This document shows positions 10,140 through 19,820 of a stretch of 64,000 bases of DNA, piece after piece. Every line of letters begins with the position of its first letter. Positions within the stretch are counted from its first letter, which is position 1. Under the pieces are notes generated by a model. That model had not been told where the DNA came from and searched no databases. It saw nothing but the letters and a program-made list of their open reading frames with translations. The position numbers were made by a program, and so were the translations under genes. Origin of the DNA: a virus (taxonomy: Duplodnaviria > Caudoviricetes); IMG/VR virus record IMGVR_UViG_3300033121_000954, positions 1 through 64,000 of that record. One strand, given 5' to 3'.

Positions 10140-10608
10140 GATTGAACTCGGCATAGTCGTAGATAATTGTCAAGTCAACTTCTACAACGTCGTCTGCTCC
10201 CCAATCCAAGTCTCCGAATTTTACAGACTGGTAGAATGCACCGACCAATTTCCATGTTCCGATAGGTAAACCTTCCGGTGTCAATGTAGTCAGTCGTAAA
10301 TCATGTTTGTAAAATTCGGCATAATTATCTTTTGCAAATTTTACAATCTGATGTTGTTGTAGGTATTTCCAAAAATCTAATGTGGTTATTCCTTCAAACT
10401 GATAGCATCGTATTGTAATTGGCTCCCAACTCGTTTTACCTTTGATATTAAAGGAACTATTGCCATAATCCAATTTGATCGGATTATTTTCAAAGGCAGG
10501 TTGCTGTGCAGAACGAGCATATATAGTCGCACCAACCAATTTAGATGTAAACAACGTATATCTAAATTGTAATTGTGGATGTAATATTTCGGGAGTGGCT
10601 ATTCGCAT
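10129..10608 (-). CDS. Tail tube protein (gp19-like), paralog 2
   Basis: IKGKTSW, YKHDL, WKLVGAF, FGDLDW, YDYA. Confidence 0.85.
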   Translation of the reverse strand: MRIATPEILHPQLQFRYTLFTSKLVGATIYARSAQQPAFENNPIKLDYGNSSFNIKGKTSWEPITIRCYQFEGITTLDFWKYLQQHQIVKFAKDNYAEFYKHDLRLTTLTPEGLPIGTWKLVGAFYQSVKFGDLDWGADDVVEVDLTIIYDYAEFNPIL

Positions 10609-10645
10609 ATACCATAACTATCAAAGTTGGGCATTTTTTCTTTGA

Positions 10646-10697
10646 TGTTAATGGAAAGTTAATTGTTTGGATAGTTCTGTGGGCGACTGTATCTTTG
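10646..10697 (+). promoter_or_regulatory. Bacteroidota-type promoter
   Basis: TGTTAA-N6-GTTAA...TTTGG-N19-TATCTTTG. Confidence 0.75.
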
Positions 10698-10722
10698 TAC
10701 TATTATTTAAAACAACTCATTT

Positions 10723-10902
10723 ATGGTACAGTACATCGTCTTTGATACCGAGTATAAAATTATTGCCACCTTTCAATCATTTGGGGGCGATATATCTACG
10801 TTGTTGAAATCCGATTCAACACTGCGGTGGATCAATATAACCCACCCATTACATTCTGACATAAAAGCAAAAATCAATGCTGTAAATAACACAAAATTGT
10901 AA
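10723..10902 (+). CDS. Hypothetical protein (59 aa)
   Basis: MVQYIVFDTEYKIIATF...; directly after promoter. Confidence 0.5.
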   Translation: MVQYIVFDTEYKIIATFQSFGGDISTLLKSDSTLRWINITHPLHSDIKAKINAVNNTKL

Positions 10903-10920
10903 ATAACACAAAATATTAAT

Positions 10921-11487
10921 ATGAACATTTTCTTGAAAAAATACCTTGAGTTTGACGGGGGTTATCACATGATCCCAGAATCAAAAATTGAAACACTGGC
11001 CGTTTCAGATTCATACGATCCAAATGGAATTCGTATATCCGCCAGCGAAGCGGGGGATTACATCATGCTGGAAACGAAGGCGGCTGCCAACGAAGCATCC
11101 CGTACATATCGGGAATTGCATAATTCAGTGAAATCATATAATATCCACGACATTGTTTCAGCCCATGATGAATGGGAATTGTATGATGAATTGATGGACT
11201 CCACCAACCTTGTGGAAGGGGTTGATTACAGTTTATATAAAGAAAATGTGAGGGGATTTAATTACTGGGACGGCCACAATTGGCGGACTGTCACTGTGAG
11301 TGGAGAATACCCTACCCACCAAGTTGAAACCGATGAAGAAATCATTCAACAACTTAACGAGGCGTTTGTTAACAAAATATTCGTGGAGGATGAGTGGGGG
11401 TTTGAATTGTATGAGTATGAAGACATAACAATAAAAATTTCTCATTTTGCATCATCTTGGGAGGATGCGACTTTAACTTTTAATTGA
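10921..11487 (+). CDS. Hypothetical acidic protein
   Basis: 188-aa ORF with YWDGHNW motif. Confidence 0.75.
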   Translation: MNIFLKKYLEFDGGYHMIPESKIETLAVSDSYDPNGIRISASEAGDYIMLETKAAANEASRTYRELHNSVKSYNIHDIVSAHDEWELYDELMDSTNLVEGVDYSLYKENVRGFNYWDGHNWRTVTVSGEYPTHQVETDEEIIQQLNEAFVNKIFVEDEWGFELYEYEDITIKISHFASSWEDATLTFN

Positions 11488-11491
11488 TACT

Positions 11492-11821
11492 ATGACTTTT
11501 ACAATTTCACAAGAATTATTAATTGCCGCTGGCTACACGATGTGGTCAAAAAATCAATTCCAAAAGCGGGTTCGCGATGACTCCGGCTCCACTAAATATT
11601 TCATTAATATTGAACAATCGGCAGGATTTAATAATGAAATGCCAATGTTCACTCCGAGTATCCAATTTGATGTTCGGGTTGGGGATGTTCAAGAATCCAT
11701 TGAAATTACCTTAGTTCAATGGTTCAATGATTCGGGGTCACATTCCCAAATAACCATTTCGGAAATGGAAGCGGAATTAGGCAAATACTGGACTCGTCTG
11801 GACGGACTATATTACGAATAA
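11492..11821 (+). CDS. Hypothetical protein
   Basis: 109-aa ORF. Confidence 0.7.
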   Translation: MTFTISQELLIAAGYTMWSKNQFQKRVRDDSGSTKYFINIEQSAGFNNEMPMFTPSIQFDVRVGDVQESIEITLVQWFNDSGSHSQITISEMEAELGKYWTRLDGLYYE

Positions 11822-11823
11822 AA

Positions 11824-11857
11824 AATGGGTAGTATCCAATTAAGGACGCTACCCATT
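11824..11857. terminator. Bidirectional terminator
   Basis: aatgggtag...ctacccatt stem between convergent genes. Confidence 0.7.
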
Positions 11858-11879
11858 CTTATTTTTACGTCTGCTGGAG

Positions 11880-12101
11880 TTACTCGCTTTTCAAGAATTT
11901 AGTGGTCGGCGTACCAAGTACTAAGCCGACAATCCATAATGCCCAACCAGCAATTTTTGGATCTACTGGAAATACACCCGAATCAAGTGCAAATTTAACT
12001 GCGCTCAACAGTGAAGCGACAATTACAAAAATAACTGGATTGCCAGTTTTAAATTTGGATAGTAATTGTGCAATCAGACCATTTAAAAAATCTAATCCCA
12101 T
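11880..12101 (-). CDS. Putative holin / small two-TM membrane protein
   Basis: 73 aa, two hydrophobic segments, basic C-terminus, late-operon position. Confidence 0.5.
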   Translation of the reverse strand: MGLDFLNGLIAQLLSKFKTGNPVIFVIVASLLSAVKFALDSGVFPVDPKIAGWALWIVGLVLGTPTTKFLKSE

Positions 12102-12118
12102 TTTAATTTCCTTTATTT

Positions 12119-12592
12119 TTAGGTTAATAACGCATAGTCAAAAGATAAAGTCAGGTCAACTTGGATTGGATCATCCGTACCCCAATCCATTTCTCCCCAT
12201 TTAACCCCACTATAAAATGCACCAACCAATTTCCACGTTGCAACTGGAGAACCCATCGGGTCTAAAATCATAATTTGCAAATCATGTTTGTATTTCGGTG
12301 CTTTATAGTCAGTCGCGGATGAAACGGTTTGGTGGTCTTGGAGATAATTCCAAAATTGTTCAACAGTTATATTTTCAAACTGATAACACGACATTGTTAA
12401 ATCATCCCACCGTGTTTTTCCTTTGACTTTAAAATATGCGTTGATATGTTCAATCGTAACCGGGTTTTGTTCAAATCCGGGCTGTTGAGCGGAGCGAGCA
12501 TAAAATTCTGCTCCGGGCAACTTACTTGTGGTCACTTTATACCGGAATTGCAAATTTGGGTGGTATGAATCCGGAACAACTACTCTTGCCAT
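12119..12592 (-). CDS. Tail tube protein (gp19-like), paralog 1
   Basis: KVKGKTRW, YKHDL, WKLVGAF, GEMDW, FDYA; directly after sheath. Confidence 0.88.
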   Translation of the reverse strand: MARVVVPDSYHPNLQFRYKVTTSKLPGAEFYARSAQQPGFEQNPVTIEHINAYFKVKGKTRWDDLTMSCYQFENITVEQFWNYLQDHQTVSSATDYKAPKYKHDLQIMILDPMGSPVATWKLVGAFYSGVKWGEMDWGTDDPIQVDLTLSFDYALLT

Positions 12593-12623
12593 CTATTGGT
12601 TTCCTCTTTATTATAAGTTAAAT

Positions 12624-14462
12624 TTATTCCTGTGAATCGCCTGGAAATAATGCACCAGTCGGCATCACTACGAAATCAACAATGATGAATTCGGCAGTTT
12701 TAGCAGGTTTCAAATAAATTTGTGCCCGCATTTCATTCCGATCAACTACATCGGGTGTATTATTACTTTCATCAATGATGATTTTGTAATCGTACAATCC
12801 CTGTTGATTTTGTACTCTACGGAAATATGGATCGGTTATTTCAATGAACTTGGCACGAGTTTCAACAGTATTGTTGTCAAACACCAAGTATTTCACTGTA
12901 AACGCGACAAACCGCTTTGCGTCAATCAACAAGCGACGAACATTGATTCGGTCAAGTGCCGATTGTTTTTTCTGCAACGTTTTTTGCCCCCAAACTGTAA
13001 TACCCTGACGCGGGAATGACGCAATTGGGTTGACAGATTTGATATACAAGTTGTCTCTATCACCCTGAGTCATCAACCGTTCAGTTTGAATTACACGATC
13101 CAACACACCACGATTTAAACCTGCTGGCGCATACCAAGGATGAGCAACTTGGTCGTTGAACGAATATACACCACTTACAACTGCACTTGGAGGAACCCAA
13201 ATATTTCGTCCCAAATCTGGGTCTGGAATTTGGCACCACGGATAATACATTGCGGCATAGTTCGTATTACGTTGTTCGGCACTTTGTTGGGCTTGCCCGA
13301 CCGTTGATCCTTTGTAAGTTGGGTCAATCACATACATACAATCGCCGCGATCTTCACACATATTGATTGCACGGGTGATAATCGGACCATGACCAGTCAA
13401 GTTGTCCATCAATCCGGGTGTAAACAGCAAGTCAATATCAAATTGGTCTTTGTTACTCAAAATATCAATCGCGTCTTGATATGCAGCCTGTCCCCATGAT
13501 GCTGACGCTGGATTAAATCCTTGCGTGTTAGTTGCAAATATGTTTTCATTAAGTGCTCTCGGGTGAATTACATTGCCGTCACTTCCAGCACTAAATGTTC
13601 CAGAAACTGGAGCAGGTAATGAACCGCTCAACGCACCACTGCGTATTGATCCATTTGGTCCAATATACGCCATCGTATTCTGCACTCCCTCAATCCGGAT
13701 AAATCGCGACCTGTTAGGGAATGAACCTGAATTTTCCAAATATGGAGAACCATTTGAATCATATCGCAAAGTAGAACTTTGGTCTCCAATTACTTTCGCA
13801 ATATAATTTTGCGTATCCGGATCAAGACTTATTTGGTTATACTGTTCAAGTACGACTTTACGATTACTAATATCGTCGCCTCTACGAATGTATAGATCAA
13901 ATACGCCACGGTCTGGATTTACGTTGGCAATTTCCCAGCGAATATTGTATTGAGAACCAGAAATTAACAAACCATTCGTACCTTCATCCGAAGTAGCGCC
14001 ACTACCAGAAATTGAAGCATTTGAATTGCCACTATTTGTAATTTCACCATCACTAAGAGCAACAATCTTGAATGCCATGTTAGTCGCACCATAAGAACCA
14101 GAACCAAGTAAATGTTGCTGGTATGATGCACTTTGCATTACATACGAATATGCTGGTTGATAGCCCTGATTCAAAATCCGAACTACTGTGCAGACTTGTC
14201 CATATTTGATGTATTCTTCAACGCAATGGGTTGTCAAATATTTGTAATTTCGCTGACTTGCGCCAGAACCTGACGTAAATACATCTCCAAACCAACGGAT
14301 ATACTCCGAATAATTTGAAATTGGAGTTGGCCTGAATGCAGGACCACGGACGGTTGGACCAATTACGGCCATACCGACGGCGGCTATTTCAAGCGGACGG
14401 AACGAGAGGTCAAATTCTCGTGTAAAAACTCCGGGAGAAATAAATACATTATTTGCTGCCAA
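12624..14462 (-). CDS. Tail sheath protein (gp18-like)
   Basis: ISPGVFTREFD, WYAPAGLNRG, VWGQKTL, DRINVRRL, PAKTAEFI; TTG start. Confidence 0.95.
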   Translation of the reverse strand: MAANNVFISPGVFTREFDLSFRPLEIAAVGMAVIGPTVRGPAFRPTPISNYSEYIRWFGDVFTSGSGASQRNYKYLTTHCVEEYIKYGQVCTVVRILNQGYQPAYSYVMQSASYQQHLLGSGSYGATNMAFKIVALSDGEITNSGNSNASISGSGATSDEGTNGLLISGSQYNIRWEIANVNPDRGVFDLYIRRGDDISNRKVVLEQYNQISLDPDTQNYIAKVIGDQSSTLRYDSNGSPYLENSGSFPNRSRFIRIEGVQNTMAYIGPNGSIRSGALSGSLPAPVSGTFSAGSDGNVIHPRALNENIFATNTQGFNPASASWGQAAYQDAIDILSNKDQFDIDLLFTPGLMDNLTGHGPIITRAINMCEDRGDCMYVIDPTYKGSTVGQAQQSAEQRNTNYAAMYYPWCQIPDPDLGRNIWVPPSAVVSGVYSFNDQVAHPWYAPAGLNRGVLDRVIQTERLMTQGDRDNLYIKSVNPIASFPRQGITVWGQKTLQKKQSALDRINVRRLLIDAKRFVAFTVKYLVFDNNTVETRAKFIEITDPYFRRVQNQQGLYDYKIIIDESNNTPDVVDRNEMRAQIYLKPAKTAEFIIVDFVVMPTGALFPGDSQE

Positions 14463-14591
14463 GCATTATTTCCTCATTTTTATTTTGTTTAAGTATTCTT
14501 TCCTAAATTCGCTCGTTCAAGATATAATCTTCAATTAACGATTTGAGAATTGTTTACAGGTTTTATTTACTATAAATATTATCTAAAAATT

Positions 14592-14858
14592 TTAAACCGT
14601 ACCTTCAACTTTTGCGCGTTCTTTCATTACTTTTTTCAACCATGTAATTAAAACTGGAATTGATTCGGTTGTCAAATTCATGTGTTTAGTTCGTTTGCCT
14701 TCCGATCCAAACTGCGCCCAAGGAGCGTATTGACCACCCGAATCAATAATTCCCAGTTCAGACGAATAATAACTTGTGCTGGCTTCGTTTAAAACTTCCA
14801 TTACTAAGGGTTTTAATTTAGTTTTGATTGATCGTTTTTGATTTTCTGTTAATTTCAT
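14592..14858 (-). CDS. Small leader-bearing protein (putative internal head protein)
   Basis: MKLTENQKRSIKTKLKPLVMEVLNE leader. Confidence 0.7.
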   Translation of the reverse strand: MKLTENQKRSIKTKLKPLVMEVLNEASTSYYSSELGIIDSGGQYAPWAQFGSEGKRTKHMNLTTESIPVLITWLKKVMKERAKVEGTV

Positions 14859-14872
14859 TTTTAGGTTTCCTT

Positions 14873-15421
14873 TTATAAATTTTTTGGCATATTTGCAGTT
14901 CTGATTGAATTTATTCCGCTTCTAACCTCCACTAATTGGAGTGAACTTTGGCGAGTTAAGTGGCAATCGGCTCTCACTGCAATATTATAACCATAGTCCA
15001 TATCATTACTTCGCCCTTCAGTTGTAATTGGTAGAGTGTCTGGGTTGCGGCCCATCCAATATTGATTAAATCGGAGGTTGTCTATTTCGTAATATTTTGC
15101 GTCCCATTTGATGATGTCTCCTTCATCAAGTACTACATCCAAATCTTTTAGATCGTCGCGTAGAAACGAAAATACAGCGGTCTGTGACGTGTCTATACCA
15201 GTATCAATATCGTTCATTGCAGTTTCATCAAATGATACCAGTGAAAATATACGGAGTGGTTGATAATACACCTTCTTGTTTGATTCTCCATAAAGATTGA
15301 TTTCCATTTCGGGTAGTGCAAGTTTAAACAATGCTACTTCAACCGAAATAACTCTGTGCATCAATTCTCTTGAAATTGATTTTAAGAATAACGAATCTTT
15401 AGAGCTTCCGAATAGGGGCAT
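14873..15421 (-). CDS. Head closure / neck protein (gp14-like)
   Basis: NLYGES, EGDII..YYEI motifs; neck-cluster position. Confidence 0.7.
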   Translation of the reverse strand: MPLFGSSKDSLFLKSISRELMHRVISVEVALFKLALPEMEINLYGESNKKVYYQPLRIFSLVSFDETAMNDIDTGIDTSQTAVFSFLRDDLKDLDVVLDEGDIIKWDAKYYEIDNLRFNQYWMGRNPDTLPITTEGRSNDMDYGYNIAVRADCHLTRQSSLQLVEVRSGINSIRTANMPKNL

Positions 15422-15423
15422 AA

Positions 15424-15696
15424 TTATTTTCCTCGTGACCGCATGATCATTTGTCCCAATTTGGCAGTTTGTACGTCGTCAAATACAATCGTGGCTTTGT
15501 TGTTTTGAATTGATAGTCCACCATTGATAAATCGGATCGTGTTGAGTCCAATTTTAAATACTTGATCTCCTAACTCTGGAGCAGTTTTTTGAACCGAAGT
15601 TGAAGGCAAAATTCCATCCTCTCGCAGTTCATTTTTAACTTCCATTACCAGTTTTTTCAGCAATGGTTTAATTCTTTTCTTTTGATCGTTTGTCAT
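15424..15696 (-). CDS. Small leader-bearing protein
   Basis: MTNDQKKRIKPLLKKLVMEVKNELRE leader. Confidence 0.7.
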   Translation of the reverse strand: MTNDQKKRIKPLLKKLVMEVKNELREDGILPSTSVQKTAPELGDQVFKIGLNTIRFINGGLSIQNNKATIVFDDVQTAKLGQMIMRSRGK

Positions 15697-16562
15697 AATC
15701 TTATTTTCCTTCGTATTGAATCGGATGGAATTTCATCTGCGATGTTTGGTTCAAATCTATTGGGAGTTATGTAATCTTCCTGTTGGTCAAATACAACTTT
15801 GTCTGTACCTTCTTCTAAGAATTTTACTTTTTTAATGGAATGGGCTTTTTGCATTTTTGAATTTTGATATTCAAATTCACTTCTTAAATACCCATCCACT
15901 TGCAATGTTATAGTAGTTTTTACTAACCTATCCTCTCCCGGAACATTTACATTATCATGTGTGACGTCTTGCACGTTTGTACGAAATTTATAAAAATCTC
16001 CCCAAACATGATCGCTAATTCCGACGATTGGTTGGACTAAATTGTTCATTTGTTCTTGTAAGTCTGTCCATAGAATCAATTCATAGCCGACACGCACATA
16101 ATCTGGAACATCTACAAGGTAAAATTCGTGTGATTCTTTGTTTAAGTATTGTCCAGCCACTCTATCATATTGCATATTAAATGTTCTATACGGGACAAGT
16201 CTAAATGTTGGGTTGTAATTATTTACATCCACCATCGGTAAACGGTCGTCGGCTGCAACTGATGTACGTCTAATTGCAATCAGCGGAGCCAATACTTTTT
16301 TATTTACATCTCGTAAATAGCCGTGTTGTCTAATTTGAGACCATTTTTCACCGCTTGTGAACATTGCTGGGACTGGTATGGAATTTCCATTTTCATTTAC
16401 GCGAAGTTTCAAAACTTCCGTTAAGTGGAAAAATATGGCATAATCAATTGTATAAAGATTAACAGACGGAATCTTAACAGTATCGTTGTCCCGTCTTACT
16501 TCCTGTTCTCGTTGGATTGCCCCAGATGATGCCCCGTCTTGATATGGACGTATTGTTCTCAT
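15693..16562 (-). CDS. Tail terminator / sheath stabilizer (gp15-like)
   Basis: IPVP..GEKW, PLIAIRR, PDYVRVGYEL.LWT..QMN motifs; position. Confidence 0.65.
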   Translation of the reverse strand: MRTIRPYQDGASSGAIQREQEVRRDNDTVKIPSVNLYTIDYAIFFHLTEVLKLRVNENGNSIPVPAMFTSGEKWSQIRQHGYLRDVNKKVLAPLIAIRRTSVAADDRLPMVDVNNYNPTFRLVPYRTFNMQYDRVAGQYLNKESHEFYLVDVPDYVRVGYELILWTDLQEQMNNLVQPIVGISDHVWGDFYKFRTNVQDVTHDNVNVPGEDRLVKTTITLQVDGYLRSEFEYQNSKMQKAHSIKKVKFLEEGTDKVVFDQQEDYITPNRFEPNIADEIPSDSIRRKIRL

Positions 16563-16831
16563 TGTTTTTTCAACGATAACGATCTAACTTGTTCTTGTAT
16601 AGTCAGACTTGATTTTGATAAAAATGTGACCACATCTTCAAATTTCTTGTTTCCAACATAAACAAATCCTTCACGGATCGTAAGTGGAACGTTTGGATAT
16701 TTTCTACCCAGTGTATTACTCAGTGTCAACCATTTTTGTTTTTGGTCTTCGGTCAATGTCGTTGATTTTGTTGGTTGTGAGGTTTGACTCATTTTGCCAA
16801 AAAATCGTTCGTAATTTTCTTTCAAATTCAT
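16559..16831 (-). CDS. Hypothetical protein
   Basis: MNLKENYERFFG; translationally coupled. Confidence 0.7.
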   Translation of the reverse strand: MNLKENYERFFGKMSQTSQPTKSTTLTEDQKQKWLTLSNTLGRKYPNVPLTIREGFVYVGNKKFEDVVTFLSKSSLTIQEQVRSLSLKKQ

Positions 16832-16832
16832 A

Positions 16833-17150
16833 TTATATCCTTGTTAATTTTACTATTCTTGGCGGTTTACATTTAATTGGTTCTGGGTTGGTGGCAAAAT
16901 CAACTATGGCTTCAATTTCACATTTTGGTAGTTTAAATGTATCACATCTTGCATACAGACTGTCAACGAATGGTTTCATAAAGCATGGATGGTAATTTCC
17001 AGTATAAGTCATTCTATATTCACCATCCGGTGTAATATATAAAGACATCGTACCAATCCACATCAAATCTTCGGTTGGAGGCGGCTGTTTAAATGCCGAC
17101 GAAACGCACAATAATATAGTTAAAAATAATAATTTCATTTTACCGAACAT
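16833..17150 (-). CDS. Hypothetical exported protein
   Basis: Signal-peptide-like MKLLFLTILLCVSSAF. Confidence 0.55.
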   Translation of the reverse strand: MFGKMKLLFLTILLCVSSAFKQPPPTEDLMWIGTMSLYITPDGEYRMTYTGNYHPCFMKPFVDSLYARCDTFKLPKCEIEAIVDFATNPEPIKCKPPRIVKLTRI

Positions 17151-18303
17151 AAATTTTTAAAGGGATGTATTTTAGTTGACTTTGTAAATTTTCCGCAACG
17201 GCTGCCTTCCGTTCCATCTGCGATTGCAATGACATTGAATCCAACGTTTCTTTCAATTCAGTTATCAGTGCCTCCTTTTCTGATTGAGCACTACTCAGTA
17301 AATCACTACCATTCAATGTTACACCGGCATTTGGAATTGGAATTTCTGAATATTTTGTGCGAATTAATCCCAACACTTCTTTGCATATTGCAAGTGTATA
17401 TTTTCGTATCCATTGTTTTCCAATTTCATTGATAAACTTGTATGTCAATGTTTGATATGGAACATTGGAAATATCGGTTACTTTTCCTGTGTCATTTTGC
17501 GAACTTCCTTGTTGGTCTAATGTGTAATTAAACCATAATTTCAGGGTCTGTGTTGGGATAGGAAAAATACGAAGTCTATTGTTTGTCAACTGGAACGAAT
17601 ATCCGCTTTTTCGCATCATGTCGTTCGTTTCAATTTGGTTCATCCTGAGCGCATCATAATATAAAGGCATTAAGATGTAATTACTGGCTCCAACAATACT
17701 TCCACGAAATCCAAAATTCTGTTGTAAATCTGCACTTGACCAACCAGTTCCGAGTGTAGAATCCATAAGGCGGTTGACTGCTGGAGTAGATTCGTGGAAT
17801 ATTTTGCGAATTGTAAATTGGTCGGTCGCAAAACTTCCCGATTCAATTACTGCATCGGACAATAAATTGTAAACCTGTTTTCCGGCAGTTAATTCAATGG
17901 ATCCGGTATAATAAGTTAAAAATCCACCCGCCCCAACTTCACTACCATACGCCTTAGCCATTTGAAAAATGCCACGGAGGGTTGGTTGTATATAAGTTTG
18001 ACTTAGATTTGCACTTCCAGTATTAGTCCCTTGCAAAGATAACAAATTATCGCGGGCTTGGTAGGTGTTGAGAAGCGCACCATACTCGTTGATTGCTTCC
18101 TCAAATGCTGCATAGAAATTAATTTCTTGCAATTCAACTGTAAGAATTGGAAATCCGAGTCGCAATGCACACCACGATGCAATACTTTCCGCATCACATT
18201 GAAATTCACTGTCATTGTCGTAAAACCCAAATGGCGTAAACGTCAGTGGATAAAATGAACCGGAACCGGGCCAAACTTCAATGTTAGGTGTTGTGATGGG
18301 CAT
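17140..18303 (-). CDS. Neck protein (gp13-like)
   Basis: RLGFP..VEL, WIRKYTLA..KEVLG.IR.KY..IPIP..VTLNG. Confidence 0.85.
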   Translation of the reverse strand: MPITTPNIEVWPGSGSFYPLTFTPFGFYDNDSEFQCDAESIASWCALRLGFPILTVELQEINFYAAFEEAINEYGALLNTYQARDNLLSLQGTNTGSANLSQTYIQPTLRGIFQMAKAYGSEVGAGGFLTYYTGSIELTAGKQVYNLLSDAVIESGSFATDQFTIRKIFHESTPAVNRLMDSTLGTGWSSADLQQNFGFRGSIVGASNYILMPLYYDALRMNQIETNDMMRKSGYSFQLTNNRLRIFPIPTQTLKLWFNYTLDQQGSSQNDTGKVTDISNVPYQTLTYKFINEIGKQWIRKYTLAICKEVLGLIRTKYSEIPIPNAGVTLNGSDLLSSAQSEKEALITELKETLDSMSLQSQMERKAAVAENLQSQLKYIPLKIYVR

Positions 18304-18306
18304 AAT

Positions 18307-18735
18307 TTATTTAATATCGCCTAAATTTTCCAAATCTTTAGAATATTGATAGAATAACTTAGCAAACGCCTTCTTTTGGTTGGGAGACTTTACCTTATCA
18401 TAAACAGAGTTGAATAAATTGGATACTTTTGTATGATAATTAGAAATTCCGCCGTCCAATCCATACTCCTCTTGCAATTCACTCTTAACTTCCATTACCA
18501 GTCTTTTGAGTAATGGTTTAATTCTTTTTCTTTGGTCGTTTGTCATTCTCGATTCCTTTATAGATTTAAATGTCGCGTTTACCCATTTCTGTATGGATGC
18601 TGGTAATTCAGTTATATCAAATAATAATGTTTCTTCATAATTATCTATTGTGTATTCAACCTCATTATCAGTTAAATAATGTATCAATTTTTGTAGATTT
18701 TTTCTATTTACACTTGATGTATCAAATCTTTGCAT
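18307..18735 (-). CDS. Hypothetical protein with internal copy of the leader
   Basis: Internal MTNDQRKRIKPLLKRLVMEVKSELQE. Confidence 0.7.
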   Translation of the reverse strand: MQRFDTSSVNRKNLQKLIHYLTDNEVEYTIDNYEETLLFDITELPASIQKWVNATFKSIKESRMTNDQRKRIKPLLKRLVMEVKSELQEEYGLDGGISNYHTKVSNLFNSVYDKVKSPNQKKAFAKLFYQYSKDLENLGDIK

Positions 18736-19070
18736 TATACATTCTCCGAATTTTGAAATATTTTATTTAATTTTCTATACGCTTGTTCAAATACGTTTTC
18801 ATTTTCTGATAATTGATAATCAATCTCAATTGTGAACCAGTGCGAAGCAATTGCTCTATTTTTTCGGGCCAGTTCATCAGCCCAAACAAACACGCTTGCT
18901 TTTGTTTCTAATCGTGTTATCCACGTCAGTTCTTCGTCAATTCCTTCTTGTGTGGATTTTTTGAAAAATTCGTAATCTTTATTTTCAACATATACACTTT
19001 GAACTCTCAAATAAGCATCCTGTAAAATTTGACCATTTGGAAGTTCGTAATTTTTTACTTTAATCGCCAT
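18735..19070 (-). CDS. Putative tail fibre assembly-associated protein
   Basis: NG..DAYLRV and EQAY..L motifs; near fibre genes. Confidence 0.5.
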   Translation of the reverse strand: MAIKVKNYELPNGQILQDAYLRVQSVYVENKDYEFFKKSTQEGIDEELTWITRLETKASVFVWADELARKNRAIASHWFTIEIDYQLSENENVFEQAYRKLNKIFQNSENV

Positions 19071-19266
19071 CGGTTGGTTTTAGTTTTTTGTTAATTTTTT
19101 TCAATTCTGGTGTAGGTTCTGATTCAGGGTCTGGTAAAACTTCAACTTTTGGAAGTTCGTGGACGATTTTAGGTTCTGGTTTGGGGGGTTCAGGTACCAC
19201 TTCAGTCACTTGTTTACCATAATTTTTAAGTTGTTGCCATGCGGCAAGTTTTAATTGTCTGCTCAT
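19060..19266 (-). CDS. Pro/Glu-rich hypothetical protein
   Basis: 68-aa coupled ORF. Confidence 0.55.
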   Translation of the reverse strand: MSRQLKLAAWQQLKNYGKQVTEVVPEPPKPEPKIVHELPKVEVLPDPESEPTPELKKINKKLKPTDGD

Positions 19267-19409
19267 TTTGTATTTTCCTTCTCAAGTTTAATTAATTCTT
19301 TTTGCAATTTATCGGCCAACAAACCAACCGGGATAACGTGTTTCCCTTCAAATTTCAACGCAAAAATACATTGCAGCATAATTTGAATTTCGTCAGGCGT
19401 TAGATTCAT
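19263..19409 (-). CDS. Small coiled-coil protein (48 aa), paralog of next gene
   Basis: MNLTPDEIQIMLQCIFALKFEGKHV...KLQKEL resembles LTKPEIELVL...KLQEQF. Confidence 0.55.
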   Translation of the reverse strand: MNLTPDEIQIMLQCIFALKFEGKHVIPVGLLADKLQKELIKLEKENTK

Positions 19410-19599
19410 TTTTATCATGTTGTTTAAATTGTTCTTGTAATTTTAAGAGTAATGTATATAAAATTTCAATATCTCGTACCGGAAATTGAGTTGTTGATAA
19501 CAATCGCAATACCAATTCAATTTCAGGTTTAGTCAACTGATTTAAATCTGTCGGGACCAGTTGTTTTGAAGTTTGCTGTTTTACGCTAAATAAATTCAT
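19393..19599 (-). CDS. Small coiled-coil protein
   Basis: 68-aa coupled ORF. Confidence 0.6.
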   Translation of the reverse strand: MNLFSVKQQTSKQLVPTDLNQLTKPEIELVLRLLSTTQFPVRDIEILYTLLLKLQEQFKQHDKNESNA

Positions 19600-19820
19600 C
19601 CGTTCCTGAAAGCAATTTTAGTTTTTGATATTGCGTCATCACAAATTTTAGCGGCCGATTTTTCACCACTCCGCTCATAAAATAATTTTGCTGTATGTAA
19701 TACGTCCAATAATCCATACTTTTCAAGTATTTTATTCAGGGATGGTACAACAACTGGCTTAAATTCTTCGTATTCTTCTTTTATACTTTCATATAATGGT
19801 TTAAGTTTCGTGTTACGCAT
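19596..19820 (-). CDS. Small leader-bearing protein
   Basis: MRNTKLKPLYESIKEE. Confidence 0.6.
   Translation of the reverse strand: MRNTKLKPLYESIKEEYEEFKPVVVPSLNKILEKYGLLDVLHTAKLFYERSGEKSAAKICDDAISKTKIAFRNG

Noticed and set aside
10881-10914. 17-nt tandem duplication tgtaaataacacaaaat x2
   Set aside because: Only two AT-rich copies; likely a local slippage scar
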